DNA of 64,000 nt from Eledone cirrhosa (lineage: Eukaryota), in NCBI GenBank assembly GCA_964016885.1, contig OZ024741.1:321532001-321596000 (forward strand), written 5' to 3'. A program made the translations under genes and the position numbers. Under the pieces are notes generated by a model that was not told where the DNA came from, made no database searches, and worked only from the letters and a program-made list of their open reading frames with translations. Positions 37,369 through 50,189 of the stretch are shown in pieces (position 1 is the first letter of the stretch; each line of letters opens with the position of its first letter).

Positions 37369-38629
37369 ACTACATTTTACGTATTGTCTATCCTGATTGA
37401 TCATTAATTTAGTTTTTATTAGCTTTCTAATATATATATCTTTACTCGGCTTCCTTCTGTTATGATATATAATAGGCTACGAAGCCGGTAAACCCTAGAG
37501 GACGCAGCACATCGCTATAGCGTTTCACCAGCCTCTTCCCTGTTTTATGTAGATGTAACACGATTGTCTTAACTGGCCGCAATTCATGGTGTCTCTGACA
37601 CTTACCGGCTATGTAGCCTCTTCCGTATATAAAACAATTTGGTGAGAAGCTATTTCTAGCAGAGCGAGCTGCCAAGTAGTGTCTAGAATAACATGTAAGT
37701 GGACGATAAGGTAGCCAGAGGAACTGACATTTAAAAATTTATTTGTAAAAAGTATCAGGTATTTGATATTTTTGTATCCCAATAAAAACAACTTCAAATA
37801 TGTATATTTGATTAAGTATAAATGTAATATTTGCCTTGCTATTTCAAATATATATTTGTGAATAAGTATGTAAAAAAAGTCCTATTGATGTGGTCGGGGT
37901 GTAAATGAAATTTTGCAAATGTTTACAATTAAAAATTACTTTTATTGTATCTTAATAATTGCGAAATTATAAAGCAACCAGCCACTTATTTTTACACGAG
38001 TGGTTCTGATTTACTTTTTTAATATATTTTTATTGCTTCTATTTTTGGCACAAGGATGAAAGGCAAAGTTAACCTCAGCGGGATTTGAACTCAGACCACA
38101 ACTCTTTGCTGTAAAGTATGGCGTCCTACCCGCTACCGATACTGCCAAATAGGGTGGGTGAATATTTTTTTAATCTGATAAGAACTCAAAACATCGCTAC
38201 AATGATGCGAGCCTGGACAGTGAGGGAACTTCGTCCAATGCATGAAAAAAAAAAAAAAAAGTACACCGAATTCCTTTTCATGAAAAAAATAAGCAATAAT
38301 GAAGATTTTCATCTAATTGAACTAAATATAGAAAAAAAATTGCAGACAAACTATATATATATATATATATATAACAAAGGAATTGTGGTAAGGAACCAAG
38401 AGTGGGAAATAGGAAATTTCCTATATATATAAGCAGCTCTTTACCAATATATATATTAGTAAAGACCTGCCAAGTTTATCTAACAGAACTAAGTGAATGA
38501 GAACATAGTTATATAACTATATAACTGTACGTGTAAAATTAATTAATATGCAAACTGGTCAGAATTTTGTAAAAATAATTAAAGCAAAGCACATCGATTA
38601 GGAGAGGTAACTTAAATGAAAATATAGGT

Positions 38630-38645
38630 GGCCCTGAAAAGGGCC
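38630..38645 (-). terminator. Histone 3' stem-loop of H4
   Basis: GGCCCTTTTCAGGGCC-ACC on the minus strand, ~30 nt after the stop. Confidence 0.95.
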
Positions 38646-38675
38646 GGTGACATACAAAACTAACAGATATTTAGC

Positions 38676-39677
<1,002 letters not shown>

Positions 39678-39706
39678 GCTGGTTAATGTTTTTAACATTT
39701 CAAAAT

Positions 39707-39722
39707 GGCCCTTTTTAGGGCC
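39707..39722 (+). terminator. Histone 3' stem-loop of H3
   Basis: GGCCCTTTTTAGGGCC, ~30 nt after the stop. Confidence 0.93.
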
Positions 39723-39997
39723 CCCTATTTATGTACAAAGTATTTCGATGTTCATTGATATACGATTATTTTCTACTTGATTTGGCACTACAACGCTATT
39801 AGCTGTCAGTGCAAACAGGCGAAGGTGACGTCACTCGTCAAACATCGTTTATTTCCGTATTACTACCACGCGTAAGTGAGTTTTCACGCGTTTTTTTTTT
39901 TTGAGAGAGGGAAGACTTAAAAGGGCCAAATTAGAAAACAAGTCATGGTTATAAAGCATATCGATGTAAGTGGAGTTACTTGAATGAAAATATAGGT

Positions 39998-40013
39998 GGC
40001 CCTTAAAAGGGCC
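39998..40013 (-). terminator. Histone-type stem-loop downstream of the Merlin transposase
   Basis: GGCCCTTTTAAGGGCC-ACCTATATTTTCATT in transposase sense, ~100 nt after the stop at 40116. Confidence 0.7.
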
Positions 40014-40115
40014 AAATTAGAAAACAAGTCATGGTTATCAAATAAATTTGATATATTCATTTATATTTTCATTATTCAAAAGCATGTTTAGAAACATTTT
40101 TTTCACCAACCTTAT

Positions 40116-40967
40116 TCAAATGCATGGAATCAGATGACGGATATGTTCTAATAACTTTTGGAAAATTTCTCCTTTAAATTCATACCGCCACATGAATTCA
40201 ATGAGATGGGTTTGAAGCAAATTTCTGGCTGTCCCGTTTTCCCTTTTATTCCTATTTTTTACGTGTTTCCACAAGAATTCTATGTGATTCGTTGTGGCAA
40301 ATGTTACTGGATCAACCAAAATTGATCGAATGGTTCACCGTCAAATGTTGATAGCCTAGCTGATCGATCGTATTATAGGAATGCCATAGATCAGATATTA
40401 TGGTTGTCCCTGGCAATATACGATCCTGTATAATGGTTAAAAGTGTCTCCGCTGTCCTGTCTTCTACTGCTACTAAAATACATCTTCTGGTAGCAAAATC
40501 CCACTGTGTTTTCACAGAATGGCCACGATGGTATTACCTTCTCACGAATGCGCTTTCATCAATCTCGACAATTCGGTTTGGCCCGCCAAGCTTAATGTTT
40601 TGTGCCACATAGTACTCTGCACATACATCACGGCAAAAATTTCGCCAATCTGCTACGGCCACATTCGCGATACGACATTCCTCTGAAATCTTTTGCCCCA
40701 AAATATAATATATCAACTATTTGTTCACACTTCAAATTGCTATTTTCTAAAAATGTGCCTTTTCTAATAGAAACCTGTTTTCTACATGACCAGATAATCC
40801 CATCTGACACATTTTGTTTCGCTACTTCCAACATACGTTGACCACATGAAGGGCAGACCTTTTGTGTATTCAGAAGTCCTTGAATTTTCAACCAATTGAT
40901 GGTATCTGCTGTAGTAGCGGTAGCGATGGTTAATTCCCTTAACACTTGGATATATTATAGAACTCAT
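40116..40967 (-). pseudogene. ISXO2/IS1595-like (Merlin) DDE transposase, frameshifted
   Basis: Consecutive fragments CPSCG..WSC..SIRKGTFLE, DWRNFCRDVC, LGGPNRIVEIDESAF, VEDRTAETLL..ILPGTTIISDLWHSY, HLTVNHS..F-VDP and TNHIEFLW. These are the DE / SD / N..E motifs of DDE_Tnp_IS1595. Confidence 0.9.
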
Positions 40968-41268
40968 TTTTCAACTTGCAGATGCGTGTATTATCACAAA
41001 GTGAAGATTAAAGTTTATTTATTTACACGTGGTGTTGGTGATGATTGTCGCTGATTGGTGGGGATTGTCTCCATGAGGACTGTCGCTTGTCTCCATGGGC
41101 ACAGTATCCATGCTTTTGAATAAGGTTGGTGAAAATAAATATATAGGGTTGGTGAAAAAAATTTGATAACCATAATTTGGCCCTTTTAAGGGACACCTAT
41201 ATTTTCATTTAAGTTAATTCCACAGTTTGGTGAAAAATGACTTGTTTTTTATATTGATAACCATAACT

Positions 41269-41414
41269 ATGAAAATATGTGACGTCATTCGTCAACCTTC
41301 TCCTACTTTCACTTCTGACAGCTAATACCATGAACTGTAAAAATGCAGTTCATGGTATTAGCTGTCAGAAGTGAAAGTAGGGGAATGTTGACGAATGACG
41401 TCACATATTTTCAT
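41269..41414. repeat. ~69-bp-arm hairpin formed by two Merlin ends joined tail to tail
   Basis: ...CTGACAGCTAATACCATGAACTG-TAAAAATG-CAGTTCATGGTATTAGCTGTCAG... Confidence 0.85.
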
Positions 41415-41432
41415 GTATGTGTGTGTGTGTGT

Positions 41433-42970
41433 GCAAATTTCAATAATATTAAGACACCCTAATGGGGATTAAACGCCCTATAGTGAAAATTTTGGCCAAT
41501 AAATGGAACAAGATTTTACGAACTCCTATGGTTTTGGAGATAGACCCCCCCCCCCCCCATAACCATATATATTCTGAAATTACATTGCGCAGGGTACTTG
41601 TATAAGTATATTTCATTTTAATCAAAGGGTTCATCGGGGGCACAAAACCGCCGCTGAAACTTTATCTTCGATTTATATGAAATTTAAACCATAGGTAAAT
41701 GACAAGATATGATGCCTATTCACAAAATTTCAGCAAATTTCAATAAAATTAAAATACCCTAATGGGGGTTAAACCCCCTATTAGGGTTTACCGGTGGCAC
41801 AAACCCCTGCTGAAAATGTTTTCCCTTCTATTTATATGTAATTTAAACCATAGGTAAACAAGATATGATGCCTATTCACATCATTTCAGCAAATTTCAAT
41901 AAAATTACAATACCCTAATGGGGGTTAAACCCCCTATTAGGGTTCACCAGGGGGCACAAAATCCCCGCTGAAAATTTTTTCGGTTCGATTTATATTCAAT
42001 TTAAACCATAGAAAAAATGAAGAGATATGATGCCTATTCACAACATTTCAATACTATAAGACACCTTAATGGTGGTTAAACCCCCTATTAGGGTTCCCCG
42101 GGGGTACAAACCCCCGCTGAAAACTTTTCCCTTTCGATTTATATGAAACTTAAACCATAGGTAAATGACAAGATATGATGCCTATTCACAAAAGTTTTCA
42201 ATTGATATTTTGAAAAAAATTATTTACAAGAAACAAAATAAGAATAAGATTTAATAATGCAATTTTGATTTGATATTTTAGCAGTGTAACAGTATGTAGT
42301 CGTGAATTGACAGTGTAGTAAAATGATAGTATCCTCGTTGGATTGTCTTGTCGACATAGACGTGAGGGAAGGTCCCTCGATCTATTTACCATCTTTGTAT
42401 TTACAATATTCCTTTCGTCAGGTCGCCAATTCCAGCAGCATGGATTATAGATGTTATTGAGACACGAGTAACATAATGATTTCAACAGCAGAATTAGAGA
42501 TGAAATGTATGTTTATTTTTGATGTAGCACAAACAATGTTTGTTAACTTATATGGTTGAAGTTACACATAAAAAAAGGTTACAAAAGGGAATGTGCCATT
42601 GCGCCGGAAAGCCGGCGAGGCTAGGGTGCAAAATCTCACCGTTACATTGTGCGTGTTGCTGGTTCGAAGTTCCTGGTACAAGAGAAAGATTCTTCAATTC
42701 TTCCTCGGGGCGCGTAGGGATACATCCTCTTCTACTGGCGCTGATTGGCTGAACTGAGCCAAATCACGCACAGAGAATGTATGTGAGCCTGCGGAATGTA
42801 GGTCACTACAATACCTCCGAGCAGATGTTTTCCAATTTTTCATGCATTATATTTTACATTGAGTAATATTGAGTTTTTCTCCATAAATGATATCACTGAT
42901 TTAAAATCAATCATCATTTTCTTACAAAAAAAATGTGTGAAATGCAGCAAGGCGCTGGTAATTCGGCTAG
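41433..42970 (+). mobile_element. Helitron-like element copy interrupted by an insertion
   Basis: Matches 16627-17580 and ends CGGCTAG|T at 42970. Confidence 0.65.
42314..42810 (-). mobile_element. Candidate solo LTR
   Basis: TGTAGT...ACTACA termini ~500 bp apart. Minus-strand AATAAA near 42515. Lies within a ~550-bp block absent from the paralog at ~17420. No clean TSD. Confidence 0.45.
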
Positions 42971-43017
42971 TATATATATATATGTGAGTGTGTGTATATA
43001 TAAATATATGTGTGTGT

Positions 43018-45104
43018 GTGTGTGCTCATTATGTAGGAGAAGTGTAGGTAGAAACTCCATCCTCTGCCCATATGCAAACTATGGGTACACAAGAGATGTA
43101 GTGGGATCTCAGGAAGTTTAGTTAAGAATGTAGGCTTTACATGTAGCAGTTGCACCAGGACAGTAAGCAGCAAACAATCACTGAAAACAAGTGACATCAA
43201 AGTCTGGGAGGACTTGGTAAAAACAATACCGAATTAGCAGCGGAGGGGGGGGGGGCGTGTTCTGGAAGAAGTTGAGGGAGCTACTGCCATAGCTGGATAC
43301 AAAAGGCTTTTCCCTCAGAATAAAAGGTAGACTGTATGATGTGTGCATATGAACGGCAATGTTGCATGGTAGTGAGAGCTGGGCGCTGTATGTAGAAGAC
43401 TTGCGTAGATTAGAAAGGAATGAAGCTTGTATGCTCCGATGGATGTGTAATAGTAATATACGCGAACAGCAAAGCATAAACAAACTGAAAGAGAAACTAG
43501 GCATAAGAGGAATCAAATGTTGTGTGCAGGAGAGGAGATTATGTTGGTATGGACATGTGATTCGTATGAAGGATGACAGCTACATAAAGTCCCAGAAAGA
43601 CTTGAGATGAAGTGATAAAAGCCGACCTTGCCCAATTGCACCTCTGAAAGGCAATGACACAGGACCAAGAGCTCTGGCGTTATGAGGTAATACAGAAACC
43701 CCAACTTCCCACGGGACCAGGCCAAGGCTGAAACATACATACAGTATGCACCACTCCATCCCATCCGCCAATATATCTTTCATGAGAACAGGCCGAAACA
43801 CTGTAAAGTGGTCGTGATGGTGACACGGTAAAAAACACCCAGTCCACACTGTAAAGTAGTCGTGGAGGAATCACAACAAAAAACACCCAGTACTCACTGT
43901 AAATGAGCTTGGCATTAGGAAGGGCATCCAGCTGTAGAAACCAAGCCAAAATCAGTTCTTTATGAGCAAGACATGGTCACCTGACATAACATTGCCAGCA
44001 ATAGAAGGCACATGGCTCAGTAGTTAGAGCATTGGGCTTGCAATTGAAAGGTTGTGAGTTTAATTCTCGGACCGGGTGATGTGTTGTTTCCTTGAGCAAG
44101 ACACTTTATTTCACATTGCTCCAGTTTACTCAGCTGTAGAAATGAGATGATAGGACTGGGGTCCCTCATCATTCCACTGCAAAGTGGTGGAGGTGCCACG
44201 GCAAAAAAAAAAAAAACACCCAGCATTCACTGTAAATGAGGTTGGTGTTAGGAAGGGCATCCAGCTGTAGAAATCAAGACAGAATCAGTTCCCGTATGAG
44301 CAAGACAAGGTCAGCCGACCGGACACTGCCCACAACAGGACAACCCATGCTAGCGTAGAAGAACTGACATATAATGATGATGATGAAATATAACAGAGTT
44401 TTATAGCTTGCTTGAAGCATTGATGAATAGGAAACACAAATTTAAATTTTGAAAACCAAGTTGAGGGCCTTTGAACCCCAGGCTATTGCAATAGCTGCTC
44501 CTGATTTTAGATGTGGAAGACGGGACCTTTGGTACCACACAGTGACGTCCTGTTCGAGAATTGGTCCAGCTCTCGATGCGAAAGTTTGGTCTTAGTTCCC
44601 CCAGGATTTTCCATATGTATATCATTGCATATCTCTCCCGTCTTCATTCCGAGGAGTAGAGTTTCAGTTCTTTTAGACTCTCCCAGTAGTTTATCTCCAT
44701 TGTGGCAACCTTCTTGGTGTAGCTTCATTGGATTGCTTCAAGCTCCATGGTTAGTTTGATACTATGGGGGTGACCAAAGCTGGGAGCATTCATCATTTCA
44801 TTTTACGTCCACTTTTTCCCTGCTTGCAAGGGTGGAACGGGAACTGATTCTGGCTTGATTTCTACAGCTGGATGCCCTTCCTAACACCAACCTCATTTAC
44901 AGTGAGTGCTGGGTGCTTTTTTGCCGTGGCACCTCCACGACCACTTTGCAGTGGAATGATAGGGACCCCAGTCCTATCATCTCATTTCTACAGCTGAGTA
45001 AACTGGAGCAATGTGAAATAAAGTGTCTTGCTCAAGGAAACAACACATCACCCGGGTGTGAGAATTGAACTCACAACCTTTCGATTGCAAGGCCAATGCT
45101 CTCA
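43018..45104. mobile_element. RTE 3' fragment + SINE + CR1/L2 fragment + inverted SINE (paralog of 17655-19775)
   Basis: Near-identical ORF fragments to copy 1. Confidence 0.82.
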
Positions 45105-45109
45105 ATATG

Positions 45110-45159
<50 letters not shown>

Positions 45160-45162
<3 letters not shown>

Positions 45163-47730
45163 ATACTTTGGGAGGGTCATGTTGCAAATAAGAAACACAC
45201 GTACCAGTTGCTTTCACTTCAATTTATTATATATTTATAAATTTACAAATTTATAAATTTCTGGTTGGTTGGTTCCACAACCAGATAGTTGTTTATATAT
45301 AGTCATAGTTCTTTCGTCACACACTCTGTGACCTCTTCAGTGACTGGAGATTCCTTTCTTTGTTTCTGTGCCTCTCCTTTGTTCTGTCCTACGCCATTTT
45401 GTTTCTGTGTGTGTGTTGTGTGCTCAGTCTGCGCATGCGCCACATCCGGGTGTCTGTGTGTGTTTATGTTCATTTATCTATTTGTTTATTTACATGTTAC
45501 TGGTTGGTTGTTTGTTCTATGTGTGTGTGTGTTTTCATTTTGTCCTTAATTGTAAGTTGTGATGTTGCTGTTCCACTCGTATTTTCTATTTAATTTTGGT
45601 TGTAATTCTTTTATGTTTATTGCCTCTGTAATTTGTCTAAACATTGCGTCTTTTCTGTGTGTAGATTCTATTTTTATTTCTATGTTCTCTAATTTACCCT
45701 TGTGTTCTATCTTAGCATGTTGGTAGAGTACAGATGATTCTTTATTATCTTGAAGGTCTCGCCAGTGTTCATTTATCCGTTCCCCTACACTACGAGCTGT
45801 CTCACCTATGTACACTATATTTTTGTCTCTACATTGTCCTTCAGTACATCTTATGCTATACACTACATTTCTAGTTTTACAGTTAATATGGGGGCTTATT
45901 TTACAGGTTACACATTTCTTATCTATACATGAGGGTCTTTGAAAAGGGTATGTCTTGCTAATAAGTGTTTTTACGGAGGTACCTGGTCTTTCTACTATCT
46001 TAATATTGAGTTTATGTTTATTTAGGGCCCTTCTAAATTTGTAAGCTAGTTCACCTCTAGGGGTTGTATCGATGAACATTACACTCTGGTATTTATTGCT
46101 ATCATACCATGAGTTTATTCTATTAGCCTTGTTCCTAGTTCTTTCTATTCTATTCCAAAATTTGCTCCTATACAAGGGGCAGGTCCCATTTATGTCATTA
46201 TTTACCATTTTTTCCTATTTGGTTCTGGCTCCTCTATACACTCTGATTCTATCTCTCTGATTGTAGCCAGAGAACTGCATACGGTGGATGAAGTGTTGTA
46301 TGTGTCTCTCTAGTTCTTCGGGGTTGCACATGCGGGACACATTTCTCATCACCCGTACCAAATCCGCAATCAGTATGTTGATTTTGGTATGGTCCGAAAT
46401 GGCCGAGTTTCGGTGGATCAGATGTTTGGAAGTCATGGGTTTGGCATAATGGGAATGGAGGATTTGTTTTTTGTTGTTAATGGTATCTAACCAGAGCTCT
46501 GTGTCTAGTACAGGTAATCGATGGTTGGGGTGTTTACTTGGGTAGTCTATAGTAACTCTAATGCTCTGGTGGATGGAGTTTGCTATTTGCTGGATGCTTT
46601 CCATTGTGTTTTTCTCTAGTTCCTGACTGTTCTCTAGTGGGGGTGTCTTAACTACGATGTTTATATCATCTACGTAGCGGGAGTACATTATCAGGGTTAA
46701 GGGGTCTTCTAATTGTTCTTTAAGTTTAAGTTTAAGTCTACTGTCCCACCATACCATGAATAAGTTAGCTATGTCGCCTGCAATGCTAACACCAATGGCT
46801 GCTCCTTCCTCTTGGGCATATGTTTTTCCATTAAATTTGAGCATATGTTCCTTAAGGGTTAGTTTTATGCTGGCCCCTACCGCATGTGCAATCATTTTCT
46901 TCAGTTCATCGTGGTTTTCGGGTGTCCGTATGGCTCTGGTCCACCCGTTCCATCTATCTGTGTGGGTTTTCTTGGCCATTGAGGTAATGGTAGGTGGTCT
47001 GCCTCTTGCTGGTCTTGTAGGGCACAGGTTGCTAAGGTCATATGTGTCTAGGTAACTATTACTATAGGTAAGCTTAAGTAGGAGTCCCAGCTCACTGGTA
47101 TCAATCCCACGGAACTCAACCTTGCTCTCACTGATCATTTCTACGCATTTCTCCACAGCAAAATCCACGTCAATAGATGGATACAGGGACACAACATCCA
47201 TACTGCCTATTATGCAGTTTGTTAGGTCCCCAGATCGGTTACTCACGCCGATTCTGCTGAGGAGGTCCTCCGTGCTGTCACATACATCTGGGGACATTTC
47301 AATGATGGGGCGTATGATCAGGGAGAGGAAGTAGGACAGTCTATAGTTACTAGCAATGTTAGCTCCACAGACTGGCCGTGTTGGTGGTCCCGCGACAGGG
47401 TCACAGCCCGTTTTATGGTCTTTTCGAAGCCCATACAACGCCGGCACGTCACTGTTCCAGGCCTGGAAGTTGTTGGCGGTCCTTTTGTTGGGCTGCATTA
47501 TATTCGTCCACATCACCATATGGGCATTGAGGGCTTTTTCTCTATCCTCATGCTCCTGTGGTGTTACCTCTCTTGTGTTAGTGATGTGGGGTTGCATTGC
47601 CTGGATGTAGTTTGGCAGGCTGTCAACCGACATTCTGCCAGACTTGTCTGTTGGAAAGCATGCTATCTCTCCATTACGTGAGCGCTGCATGAGCTTACGC
47701 AAGCCATTTGCAAATTTTTCTGCGGGCTCG
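45160..47730 (-). mobile_element. Penelope-like element (RT + GIY-YIG), 5'-truncated, one frameshift
   Basis: 46215-47702 RT (SMDVVSLYPSI, GAAIG, RYVDD, LPVLD). 45546-46208 GIY-YIG (NVVYSIRC...YIGETARSVGERINEH). Not present at the paralogous position. Confidence 0.92.
45301..45345 (-). ncRNA. Minimal type I hammerhead ribozyme-like motif (Penelope 3' end)
   Basis: AGUCA-CUGAAGAG-GUCAC(loop)GUGAC-GAAA-GAAC-UA-UGACU, on the same strand as the element. Confidence 0.65.
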
Positions 47731-47979
47731 ATAAGGATAAATATATATCAAATATATAAGAACCGTAGAGCAAATATTTATTAAAATAACAGATTAAAGT
47801 TTAAGCAAAGAATCGGCTGCTTTCACCCTTAATGGGATCTTCTGAAACTAAAAAAAATCAATCTGTGAATGCAGAAGTAAATATTTCTAAGCCGACCTTT
47901 CCCAATTGCACCTCTCAAGGGCAATGACACACGACCATGACCTCTGGCGTCACACAGTAATACAGAAGACCCGACTAAT

Positions 47980-49870
47980 ACAACTTCCAAGATGCTCGCA
48001 GTGGACTATGCTTTTAGCATATTAACAAAAAATATGACTTCCGCTGCAATAAAAAATGACTAGCTTTGTAAATGGTATTTCCACCCACATCCTCCATCTT
48101 TTTTCTACAAAGCAAAAAAATAGTCAATTGGGAGCACCTTTAATGTCAGATTGGGTGGTAAGCGCACACAAAAAAAAAAAAAAGGAAACGGGAAGAAAAT
48201 GTTTCACATCAAGATCAATAGCTTGGTGCGATGTAGTATGGTGTAACTTGGTTTGGTTTGGTGAAGTTATGAAATGGAAACCAATTGTAAACGATAGATT
48301 CCCATGTCATATTCATTGATAATGTGTGGGAAATTAGTCATTTGCAAGCACCTTTGATGTTAGTTTGAGGTGGTAAGCACAAAAAAAAAAAAAGCAGGTA
48401 GCAAATTTGTCACATTGATCTCCATACCATGGTGTGATGTAAATGGTAGAAGTAGGTGTTCTGTAATAAATTTACCATATAGTGAAGTATTGTTATGGTG
48501 AATTTATGGTGTGGATTGGGATAGATTAATGTGCTGTAATGTGCTTTGTTATAAGTGAGGATTTAAATTTCCATTTTGATTTATGTTAGAAAAAATTTTT
48601 TCCTTCATTTTTGCATGTGCTATCAACTTCCAAGATGCTCGCAGTGGACTATGCTTTTAGCATATTAACAAAAAATATGACTTTCCCCTGCAATAAAAAA
48701 TGACTAGCCTTGTAAATGGTATTTCCACCCACATCCTCCCTTTTTTTCTACAAAGCTAGTAATTTTCATCAGGTTTCCATGTCATAACCATTGATAATAT
48801 GTGCATAAAATAGTAATTAGCGAGCACCTTTATGTCAAACACCAAAATCAATAGCTTGGTGTGGTGTGGTTTGGTGAAGTTTCTACAAAGATAGTAATTT
48901 TCGACAGGTTTCCATGTCATAATTATTGATAAGTGGAAAAAAAATAGTCAATTGGGAGCACCTTTAATGTCAGACTGGGTGGTAAGCCCACACAAAAAAA
49001 AAAAGGAAACGGGAAGAAAATGTTTCACACCAAGATCAATAGCTTGGTGCGATGTAGTATGGTGTAACTTGGTTTGGTTTGGTGAAGTTATGAAATGGAA
49101 ACCAATTGTAAACGATAGATTCCCATGTCATATTCATTGATAATGTGTGGAAAATTAGTCATTTGCAAGCACCTTTGATGTTAGTTTGAGGTGGTAACCA
49201 CAAAAAAAAAAGCAGGTAGCAAATTTGTCACATTGATCTCTATACCATGGTGTGATGTAAATGGTAGGAGTAGGTGTTCTGTAATAAATTTACCATATAG
49301 TGAAGTATGGTTATGGTGAAGTATATGGTGTGGATTGGGGTAGATTAATGTGGTGTGCTTTGTTATAAGTGAGGATTTAAATTTCCATTTTGATTTATGT
49401 TAGAAAAAATTTTTTCCTTTATTTTTGTATGTGCTATCAACTTCGAAGATGCTCGCAGTGGACTATGCTTTTAGCATATTAACAAAAAATATGACTTCCG
49501 CTGCAATAAAAAATGACTAGCTTTGTAAATGGTATTTCCACCCACATCCTCCATCTTTTTTCTACAAAGCTAGTCATTTTCGACAGTTTTCCATGTCATA
49601 ATTATTGATAATATGTGCGAAAAATAGTCAATTGCAGCACCTTTGATGTCAGATTGGGTGGTAAGAACACACACACAAAAAAAAAAGAAACAAAATTTTT
49701 CACACTGAGATCAAAAGCATGGTGTGATGTAGAATGGTGTAGTTTGTTATGGTGTGGTTGGGATTGTTGTAGTTATGACATGGGAACCTATTGTAAATGA
49801 TAGGTTTCCATGTTATATACATTGATAATGTGTAAAAAAATAGTCATTTGTGAGCACCTTTTAATCACTG
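47980..49870. repeat. Complex tandem repeat, ~640-810 bp units
   Basis: AAGATGCTCGCAGTGGACTATGC recurs at ~47989, 48632 and 49446. Confidence 0.8.
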
Positions 49871-50189
49871 AGATTAATAGCATGGTGTGATGTAGTATGG
49901 TGTAGTTTGTTATGGTGTGGTTTGGTTTGCTGTAGTTAGGTATGGTTTAGTTTGGTGTAGTTATAACATGGAAACCTATCATAAATTTACCACGGTATGG
50001 TATAATCTGGTTTGGTGTAGTGTAGGTTAGTGTGGTGTGGCGTCTTATTGTGTTGCATCGTATAGCGTGATTCTTTTTAAATTAAAATCATTAAAATGTA
50101 ATGCCTATCTTCTATATCTTAAAGAGTGACCTTAAATGTGATTGCAAATGACTTTTTTCTCTGGGTTATTGTTAGATTTAGGGTTAGTG

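Larger units (their letters stand above)
39784..41337 (-). mobile_element. Merlin (IS1016/IS1595-related) DNA transposon, near full length and decayed
   Basis: Left TIR GGCACTACAACGCTATTAGCTGTCAG. Right end CTGACAGCTAATACCATGAACTG. Subterminal histone stem-loop blocks at both ends. Contains the transposase relic. Confidence 0.85.

Noticed and set aside
40116-40967. Bacterial IS1595 contamination or recent horizontal transfer
   Set aside because: It is embedded among animal histone genes with local derivative copies. Merlin is the known eukaryotic branch of this family.
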